Notes under the pieces: generated by a model | Told to the model about the DNA's origin: nothing | What the model saw: the letters and a program-made list of their open reading frames with translations, nothing else | Database searches by the model: none | Position numbers and translations under genes: made by a program | Source of the DNA: an uncultured Gemmatimonadales bacterium | Lineage (GTDB): Bacteria; Gemmatimonadota; Gemmatimonadetes; Gemmatimonadales; GWC2-71-9 | Length of the DNA stretch: 64,000 nucleotides | Assembly: GCA_963844035.1 (NCBI GenBank) | Contig: CAWJMT010000004.1 | Coordinates: 320,001 to 384,000, forward strand | Direction of reading: 5' to 3' | In this document: positions 53,101 through 64,000 of the stretch, one piece after another | Layout: each line of letters begins with the position of its first letter | Position numbering within the stretch: position 1 is the stretch's first letter

Positions 53101-54095
53101 CGCGCCGCCTGAGTAAGACGATGAAAAACGGCACGCCGACGAACGCCGTGATCACCCCGATCGGCAGCTCGCCCGGGCGCCGCGACGGTGCGCGCGGTGG
53201 CGTCGGCGAGCACCAGGAACGCGGCGCCGAGCAAGGCGGTACAGGGGATCAGCAAGCGGTGATCGCTGCCCCACAGCAGCCGGACCGCGTGCGGCACGAC
53301 CAGTCCCACGAACCCAATCACACCGCTCACCGCAACCGCCAGGGCCGCGAGCAGCGCCGCCAGCGCAAAGCAGAGGTACTTCACCCGCTCGACCTGTACG
53401 CCCAGCGCCGCCGCGGTCGCTTCGCCGACGGCGAGCAGGTTCAGCGAGCGGGCGAACCCGAACAGCAGCGTCGCCGCGACTGCCAGCGGGATGCCGAGCA
53501 GGGCTGCGTACTGCCACGTGGCGCCGGCCAGACTCCCCATCATCCAGAACACCGCCGACCGGAACGACTCCACGTCGGCGAAGGTGAGAAACAGCAGGAT
53601 CGCCGCGTTGCCGAACGCGCCCACGATCACACCGGCGAGCAGCAGCGTCTGCGGGTCGAGCACCCGTCCCGGCGCGGTCGCCACGCGGAACACCAGCAGC
53701 ACGGCCGAGATGGCGCCGACGAACGCCGCGGTCGGGATCACCCAGGCACCCAGCTGGTCGAGGTGCAGCACCACCGCGGCGACCGACCCCGTCGCGGCGC
53801 CGCTCGACACGCCCAGGATGAACGGGTCCGCGAGCGGGTTCCGCAGCAGCGCCTGGAACGTCATGCCGGAGAGCGCCAACGCCGCGCCGCACAGCGCCGC
53901 GAGCACGACGCGCGGCGCCCGCAGGCCGCGCACGATGGCGAGGGTGCGCTCGTCCCCTTCGCCGAGCAGCGCCCGCACGATGTCGCCCGTCGAGAGGCCC
54001 ACCGCCCCGATCCGGATCGCGATCAGCACGGCGGCGATCAGGAGGAGTGCGAGCAGCGCGATGCGCGGCAGAACGGCCGGCTCCCGTGCGGTCAC
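53093..54095 (-). CDS. ABC permease, FecCD/BtuC family, frameshift near 53175
   Basis: LRAPRV, FQALLRNPLADPFILGVSSGA, IGFVGLVVPH. Confidence 0.92.
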
Positions 54096-55004
54096 GCTCC
54101 GCACCCCGCGCGGTGGATCGCGACCCGCAGCTGCTCCGCGGCCCGGGCGATGCTCGGGCCCGGGACGATTCACCAGATCGGCGTCCACCTGCACCACGCA
54201 GCCGCGTTTGACCGCCCGGAGGTCCCTCCATCCGGCCTCGCTGCGCAGCCGGTCCAGAGTGCGGGCCGGCATTTCTCCGACTGGCAGCACCACCAGATCG
54301 GGATCCCGCCGCACGACTTCTTCGAGCGACACGGTGGGCCATCTCACGACGGCATCCGCGAACACATTGTCGCCCCCGGCGACGTCGAGGATCTGCGCGA
54401 TGAACGTGTTCTGACCCGTGGTCATGGGCGGGTCGTTGAAGACCACGTAGAAGACGCGCCGCCGTCCCTGCGCGGCCGCCAGCGCGCGCGTCACGGCGAG
54501 CGAATCGTGCAGCCGCCGCAACAGCGTGTCGGCCCGCGCCGTGAGGTCGAGCGCTTCGCCTAGCAAAGCGATGGCGCGGAAGGTGTCGGTCGTGTCTTCG
54601 AGCGACAGGTTCATGGTGGGAATGCCTGCCGCTTCCAGTCGACGGCGGATTTCGGCGCGTTTGTCGGACCACCAGCTGAGCACCAGCTCAGGGGCCAGGC
54701 CGACGATCGTCTCGAAGTTCGGGTCGAGCCCACCGCCGACCACGGGAAGCGAAGCGACGGAGCTGTCGTGATCGTACCGGGTGCGGCCGACGAGCCGGTC
54801 GCGGGCGCCGAGGGCGATGATCGCTTCGGTACCGCTCGGGACCAGCGAGATGATGCGGCGCGGGACGTGCGGGAGGGTGACGGAGCGACCGGCGTCGTCC
54901 ACGACGGTGATGGGCCGGTCTGGCGCCGCTCCGGCGCGCGAGGACGCGGGCCGGTCGCATGCGACAAGCAACAGCAGCACCCCAAAAACACGAACACCCA
55001 CCAT
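54092..55004 (-). CDS. Cobalamin-binding lipoprotein (BtuF-like), frameshift near 54155
   Basis: LVAC lipobox, RIISLVPSGTE, GGDNVF, RPGP. Confidence 0.88.
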
Positions 55005-55099
55005 TCCCAGTGCTCCGGGGACGGGGGGTGCTGCCGGCGGACGCCACCCACGATAAGGAGACGCCGCTCACCCCCGCGTCGCTCCCTCGAGTGACGAAT

Positions 55100-55275
55100 G
55101 CGGGCGCAGGCGAGCCGGTCTCCTGGCTCGAGGCAGCGCCATCGGCCTTCCCAGGGGGGCTATGCACATCCCCAGTGGCCAGACTTCGGTGGCGTCTTCC
55201 GCGGTGCTCCGCGGGCCTCTTACAGTGGCGGGGCCGCGCCGGTCTCACACCGGCTTCCGTATGGTCCGCCTGCGT
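55100..55275 (-). ncRNA. Cobalamin riboswitch
   Basis: GGAAGCCGGTG-TGAG-ACCGGC-GCGGCCCCGCCACTGT...GCCACTGGG...GGGAAGG...GAGCCAGGAGACC upstream of btuF. Confidence 0.92.
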
Positions 55276-55345
55276 CTGTTTTGGACTTCGGGAGCGAAGC
55301 TATCCAGCCGCCGCTGCAGACGCAAGCTCGCTATCTTAGCGCTCC

Positions 55346-58020
55346 ATGAGCGATTTCAACGCCCGCCTCCAGCAGGCGCTGGGCGACGCATACCGCGTCG
55401 AGCGTGAGTTGGGCGGTGGCGGGATGAGCCGCGTGTTCGTCGCCACCGAGTCGGCGCTCGATCGCCACGTGGTCATCAAGGTCTTGCCCCCCGAGCTCGC
55501 CGCCGGACTCAACGTCGACCGGTTCCGCCGCGAGATCCAGCTCGCCGCCAAGCTGCAACATCCCCACATCGTCCCGCTGCTTGCCGCCGGCTCGGCCGAT
55601 GGGCTGCTCTACTACACGATGCCGCTGATCGAAGGGGAATCGCTGCGGATCAAGCTGGCGCGCGAGGGGGAGCTGCCGGTCGCCGAAGCGATGCGGATTC
55701 TCAGGGAAGTGGCGGATGCGCTCGCCTACGCACACGCCCACGGGTTGATCCATCGCGACATCAAGCCGGACAACGTGCTGCTCAGCGGCAAGCATGCGGT
55801 CGTCACCGACTTCGGCGTTTCGAAAGCACTGTCGAACGCCACCGGCGGCAGCGACATGACCTCCATCGGTGTCGCGCTCGGCACACCCGCGTACATGGCG
55901 CCCGAGCAGGCCGCCGCCGACCCGACGATGGACCATCGGGCCGACATTTACGCGCTCGGCGTGCTCGCGTACGAGCTGTTGGCCGGCCGCCCGCCGTTCA
56001 GCGGCAACACCGCCCAGCAGGTGATGGCCGCGCATGCCACGCAGACCCCGCAGCCGTTGACCCAGGCCCGGGCGGCGGTCCCACCGGCGCTCGAGGCGCT
56101 GGTGTTGCGCTGCCTCGAGAAGCGCCCTGCCGACCGGCCGCGTACAGCCGCCGATGTGCTGGGCGCGCTCGAGGGAATGGCCACGCCCTCGGGGGGCATG
56201 GCACCGTTCGCACCCGCGTCGAGCGCGCGACGCCGGTTGGTGTTGGGAGGGGTGGGCGCGGCCATCATTGTCGCCGGCGCGCTGGCGTTCGCAACGCTCC
56301 GCGGCCCACGAGCAGCGGCCGCGGGGACACGCTCGATTGCCGTGCTGCCGTTCGAGACGCTGGGCGGCTCCGACTCGGGCCTGACGCTCGCCGACGGGTT
56401 GCAGGACGACATCCTCACGCAGCTCACCAAGATCGGCGCGTTGCAGGTCACGTCCCGCCGGTCGGTCCAGGACTACCGCCACACCACCAAGAACGTGCGC
56501 GAGATCGGGCGCGAGCTGGGCGTGCGCGCGCTGCTCACGGGCCAGGTGCAGCGCGCCGGGAACCGCATGCGCGTCAACGTGCAGCTGATCGAGGCGGGGA
56601 GCGACCGCCAGCTCTGGGCCGAGGCGTACGATCGTGAGCTGACGGCGCAGCACGTGTTCGCGATCCAGGACTCGATCGCGAAGAACGTGGCGGAGGCGCT
56701 GCGGATCGAGCTGTCGCCCGCCGAGGCACAGGCGATCGCCGAGACGCCGACGCAGAATCTCGAGGCGCTCGACTACTTCCACCGGGGCCGCGAGCTGTTC
56801 AACCGTCGCGGGTTCGTGCTCGCCGACACCGAGGCGCCGCGGGCGTTCGAGCGTGCCGTGGCGCTCGATCCCCAGTTCGCGCAGGCGTGGGCCGGCCTCA
56901 GCGAAGCGCGCAGCTGGTTGATCCGGCAGTATCTCACGTACGACACGACGCCGGCGCGCCGCGCGCTGGAGCGCGCCGAAGCCCTCGCACCCGACGCGCC
57001 CGAGACGGAGTTGGCGCGAGGCTTCTATCAGTACTACGCCAAAGGCGAGTACGCGGCGGCGCTCGAGCATTTCCGCGCCGTCGAGCGCACCCGGCCGAGT
57101 GACGGCGGTGCCGTGCAGGCGATCGGCTACATCATGCGCCGGCAGGGCGATACGCGCGGCGCGCTCGAGCACGGCGAGCGTATCACCCAGCTCGACCCCC
57201 GCGATCCCAGTGCGCTGTGGGATCTGGGCGGCACCTACCTCTGGCTGCGTCGCTTCGCCCCAGCCAATCGGGCGCTCGAGCGCGCGCTCATTCTCTATCC
57301 CGACTACGAGTCGGCGACTCGTCTTTCTGTTCGCGAGCCAGTTCAGCTCGGGCGACACGGCGCGCGCGGCGACGCTGGCCGAGAATGCGGAGGACCACGT
57401 CAGTCCTTGGACGGCGTCGTGGATCCAAAGCGAGATGGCGCTGCTGCGCCGCGACTACCCGAGCGCGATTCGGCTGATGGCGGGAGTCACATCCCGTCAA
57501 CGCACCGCAGCGGCGCAACCGGCTGCTGCTGCTCGCGCTCGCCAACCACGCGGCGGGGGACGCCCGCGCGACGGCGGTGTACGCCGACTCGGTGCGGCAG
57601 AGGTGCCGAGGCCGACCTGCGGCGCATGGCCGGGTGGCGCGACGTGTTCGGCGGCCTCGCGGACCTCCACGGTTACCTGGGGATCGCCCACGCGCTCCTC
57701 GGGCACAAGGACGCGGCGGTGAAGGAGGGCCAGATCGCCGTGGCGCTGAACCCGGTCACACGCGATGCGATCGAGGGCCCGCGCAGCACTGCGCAGCTGG
57801 CGGCGATTTACACCCTGATCGGCGATCGCGACGCCGCGCTCGACCGCCTGCGCTTCCTCACCACGGTGCTTTCGACCCATTGGCGCCCGGGCCATCGATC
57901 ACGACGGCGGCCGTGCTGCGACTCGATCCGCTCTGGGACCCGCTGCGGAACGATCCCCGGTTCGATGCGCTGATCCGTGACGAGGCGAAGCTGGAGCGGG
58001 AGGCGAGCCTCATCCCGTAA
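55346..58020 (+). CDS. Ser/Thr kinase - TM - TolB-like - TPR protein, frameshifts in the C-terminal part
   Basis: GGGGMSRV, HRDIKPDN, DFG, GTPAYMAPE; SIAVLPF; TPRs; DPLWDPLRNDPRF. Confidence 0.9.
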
Positions 58021-58028
58021 CCCCACCC

Positions 58029-58601
58029 CTACTGCACCATCCCAAACCGCTTGTTCTTGGCCGTCATCTTGAGGAAGTAGCGTAGTCGCTGCTCGAATTT
58101 CTCGGGGCGGTGACGGGCGGCCGCGATCCAGCCGATACGAATCCGTTTGTACGACGCGGGAAGGCGACGGAAGTTCTTCCAGGCCGCTTGATCTTGCTTG
58201 ATGCGCGCCAGGATATCGGCGGGCATCACCCACTTGGGATTGGGCTTCGTGTCCTTCGCGCGATCGAACGCGTGCTCGATTCCCGCGAGACCAGCTTTGG
58301 TCATCCGCCTTGCCGCAATGAGGCGCCGCACGCGTTCGAGGTTCATGGCGGAGAGCCGGCTGGTGCGCCGGCGGGGCGAATAGCGTTGCGCGTAGCAGTC
58401 CGCGTCGATCGCTTTGAGGGTGCTGTCGATCCAGCCGTAGCACAGTGCTTCTTCCACGGCGTGGTTGTACGGGATGCGCGGCTTGCCGCTGTGCTTCTTA
58501 TAGTAGACCAGCCAGATCTCGGGAGCGGTGGCGTGGTGCTTGGCGAGCCAGGCGCGCCACTCGCGGCGGTTCTTGGCGTAGAAGGTCTTTCCGACATTCA
58601 T
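58029..58601 (-). CDS. YdeI/OmpD-associated family protein
   Basis: WRAWLAKHH, AVEEALCYGWIDS, WIAAAR. Confidence 0.88.
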   Translation of the reverse strand: MNVGKTFYAKNRREWRAWLAKHHATAPEIWLVYYKKHSGKPRIPYNHAVEEALCYGWIDSTLKAIDADCYAQRYSPRRRTSRLSAMNLERVRRLIAARRMTKAGLAGIEHAFDRAKDTKPNPKWVMPADILARIKQDQAAWKNFRRLPASYKRIRIGWIAAARHRPEKFEQRLRYFLKMTAKNKRFGMVQ

Positions 58602-58658
58602 GGGCGAACCTTCATGCGCAATTCACACACTCCTTCATAATGGCCTGCTATCCTATGC

Positions 58659-58736
58659 GTGGGCAGGACAACAGGGACCCTGCCCATGGGGGCGGACCCG
58701 CGAACCAGCGCACGCGAGTCGCCCCCTAATCTTTTT
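58659..58736 (+). ncRNA. Candidate two-hairpin small RNA
   Basis: Extended -10 TGnTATCCT (58646-58654), two adjacent GC-rich hairpins, then a U-tract. Confidence 0.45.
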
Positions 58737-58776
58737 CTGGCTCCCCGCCTCAGCCCCTGACCCGCGCACTCAGGGC

Positions 58777-59277
58777 CTAGCTGCCCAAGCCCAGCAACGC
58801 CCCCTCGTGTTCGAGCAGCCAGCGTTTGCGATCGATCCCGCCGCCGAATCCCGTCAGCTCGCCATGCGCTCCCACGACACGGTGACACGGGACGATGATC
58901 GGGATCGGGTTCTGTCCATTGGCGGCGCCGACAGCGCGGGTGGCGCGGACGTCACCCAGGCGGCGCGCAATCTCGCTGTAGCTCACCGTGGTCCCGTAGG
59001 GAATCGCCCGAAGTGCATTCCACACCTGGTGCTGAAACTCAGAGCCGGCGGGCGCGAGTGGGAGATCGAACGTCGTGCGGGCGCGCGCGAAGTATTCCTC
59101 GAGCTCTTGCCGAGCCTGGGCGAGCACTGCGTTCCCAGGGGTGAGGTCCTCGGTGCCTAGCGTGTGATCTCCAGGAGCAGCCATGCGCCCGGTCGGGAAA
59201 TGCACCGCCAACAGCGCCACATCCGACGCCACGAGCGTGAGCTCGCCGACGGGAGTGGGAAGCCTCAGAATGGCCAT
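58777..59277 (-). CDS. ogt: Methylated-DNA-protein-cysteine methyltransferase
   Basis: IPYGTTVSY, RAVGAANGQNP, PCHRV. Confidence 0.94.
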   Translation of the reverse strand: MAILRLPTPVGELTLVASDVALLAVHFPTGRMAAPGDHTLGTEDLTPGNAVLAQARQELEEYFARARTTFDLPLAPAGSEFQHQVWNALRAIPYGTTVSYSEIARRLGDVRATRAVGAANGQNPIPIIVPCHRVVGAHGELTGFGGGIDRKRWLLEHEGALLGLGS

Positions 59278-59409
59278 GGACGGAATCTGCCCCCACTTCG
59301 AGCTTACGCTCGGGGCCACACAGCGCGGGGTGCCCCACTAGCCGTCTACCCGCCTAACCGCCTGCTTATTATTGGGCACCGATTCCTCTTCTCTCACCCG
59401 GGACCGCCT

Positions 59410-62343
<2,934 letters not shown>

Positions 62344-62347
<4 letters not shown>

Positions 62348-63760
62348 CGACGACTCCCGCGACCCCCGCGTCCTCCCGCCCCGCCAAACCGCTCGACCGC
62401 TCGATCGTGGACGGTCCGCTCGGCCACGCGGTCTGGATGATCGCCTGGCCGACCATGCTGCAGAACGTCATCGGCGGGCTCCAGGGGATGGTCGATCACG
62501 CGATGGTGGGACACTTCGTCGGGTACGCGGGCAACGCCGCGATCGGCGTGGCGACGCAAATCTTCATCGTCGTCATCGTGTTCGTCGCGTCGGTGTTCAC
62601 GGGGATGGGCGTGCTGGTCGCGCGCTACGCGGGCGCCGGCGACGCCGAGAAGGTCAACCGCACCGTATACCAGGCGTTCCTCGCCGCCGTGGGGCTGTCC
62701 TTCTTCATCCTGGCGCCGCTGGGCTACGTGTTCGCGCCCTGGCTGCTCGAGTTGGTGCGCGCGGCGCCCGAAGTGCGCCGTGAAGCGCTGCCGTTTCTCC
62801 GCATCATGCTCGGGTGCAGCGCCGGCATGCTGCTGTTCTTCATGGTCAGCGGGGCGTTGCGCGCCGCGGGGGACGCGCAAGACGCCGCTGCGCCTCGGCC
62901 TGGCGCTGACGGTGCTCAACGTCGTCTTCAACGTGATCCTGATCCGCGGGCTCGGACCGATTCCCCGGTTCGGCACCGCGGGAGCGGCGATCGGTAGCTC
63001 GATCGCGAGCTTCATCGCGAGCGGCTGGGCGTTGTACCTGATCTGCTCAGGGCGACTCGTGGTCCACTGGCACCGCGGGATGAACTGGCGACCCGATTGG
63101 ACAGTGATCCGCCAGCTGTTCCGGTTCGGACTTCCGGCCGGCGCGCAGGGGATCGCGATGAACATCGGCGGCGTGTTCATGCTGCGGTTCATCGGCTCGC
63201 TCGAGCACAGCGGCGAGGCGCAAGCCGCGTTTGCCGTGGCATACACCGAGCTGTTTTCCCTGATCACGTGGACGTCGGTCGGATTGATGGGCGCCGCCGC
63301 GACGGTCGCCGGGCAGAACCTCGGGGCCGGACGTCCCGAGCGGTCGCTGCGCGGCGTGCACGTCGCGGCCTGGATCGGCCTTGGCGTCGCTGCCGTGGTT
63401 GGTGTCCTGTTCGTCACGATCCCCGGCACGTTGCTCGCATTGTTCGGCATGAATGACGGGCTGGTCGTCAGCATCGGCACACAGCTGCTGGCGTTTCTCA
63501 GCGTGTCGGGGTTCTTCATTACGCTCGCGCTCACCTACACCGGTGGGCTGCAAGGAACCGGGGACACCCGCTCGCCGCTCTATATCTCCCTCGTCTCACA
63601 GGTCGGCGTGCCGCTCGGCCTGTGTTTCATCCTCCAGGCGATCCGGCCGCTCCAGCCGGCCGACATCTGGCTGGCGATTGTGCTGGGTCATGCGACGCGG
63701 TGCGGGCTGAGCCTGTGGCGATTCAGACAGGGGAAGTGGCGGGAGATCCGGGTGGAGTGA
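62344..63760 (+). CDS. MATE family efflux transporter, frameshift near 62878
   Basis: IAWP, VDHAMVG, ARYAGAGD, GQNLGAG, LQGTGDTRSP. Confidence 0.9.
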
Positions 63761-63763
63761 GAC

Positions 63764-63864
63764 GGCGGTCGGGCGGGCGGGCGGTCAAGAAACAACGGCG
63801 GCGGACGTCAATCTGCATAAGACCGCCTGACCGCCGCCGTTGCCTTTTGACCGCCTGACCGCCG
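63764..63864. repeat. Intergenic GGCGGTC / GACCGCC short inverted and direct repeats
   Basis: GGCGGTC twice followed by GACCGCCTGACCGCC twice. Confidence 0.55.
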
Positions 63865-63874
63865 AAGTTTTCTC

Positions 63875-64000
63875 ATGCCCGAACCCGCCTACCCTGCCGC
63901 CCGCGCCGTCGCGCAAGCCGTCGAGGCCCACTTTCGCCGTCACTCTGCGCAGGCGCTCGAGCAAGGGCGGTCCGGTATCGCCCACGTCCCCGATGGGTCG
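63875..64000 (+). CDS. 5' fragment of a protein resembling putative DACNV sensor-domain proteins
   Basis: MPEPAYPAARAVAQAVEAHFRRH..., open to the window end. Family call is by recall only. Confidence 0.45.
   Translation, partial: MPEPAYPAARAVAQAVEAHFRRHSAQALEQGRSGIAHVPDGS

Noticed and set aside
52995..55004. Apparent 669-aa BtuF-BtuC fusion in the ORF track
   Set aside because: The sequence after RPGP is out of frame. The alternative frame gives a normal BtuF end with a GTGA overlap at 54095-54092, so the fusion is a frameshift artefact.
58655..58729. 24-aa ORF MRGQDNRDPAHGGGPANQRTRVAP
   Set aside because: The ATG directly abuts the -10 box, upstream of the likely TSS, and has no RBS. A structured RNA explains the region better.

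Overview
High-GC bacterial chromosomal segment, most likely Gemmatimonadota. This is inferred from the style of the Hanks-type Ser/Thr kinases and the pilin N-terminus, and is not proven. Many genes carry single-base frameshifts that look like long-read assembly errors rather than real pseudogenes. Gene content in order: a diaminopimelate/lysine operon (aspartokinase fused to an M20 deacylase, dapB, dapA, dapD, aminotransferase, asd); a divergent sulfate-assimilation operon (APS reductase, siroheme synthesis, sulfite reductase); citramalate synthase; a porin and two glutamine synthetases; queF/queC/queE; a cspA-rpsU/infA cluster; panD; a desaturase and an R2lox; an RND pump; rmuC/Smr/pilin; cardiolipin synthase; a cobalamin-riboswitch B12 uptake operon; kinase fusions; ogt; and a MATE pump. 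No rRNA, tRNA, CRISPR array or transposase was seen. The most notable signals are cis-regulatory and lie below the ORF-track size limit. (1) A probably leaderless Cys-rich leader peptide with an antiterminator/terminator pair precedes the cysH-sir operon. (2) An Ile-rich leader attenuator precedes cimA. (3) A structured uORF leader precedes the DAP operon. (4) A sigma54 promoter and a c-di-GMP-I riboswitch precede a small HExxH lipoprotein. (5) A recurring TGCA-N5-TGCA motif flanks the porin/glnA module. (6) A candidate sRNA of about 80 nt lies between ogt and ydeI.
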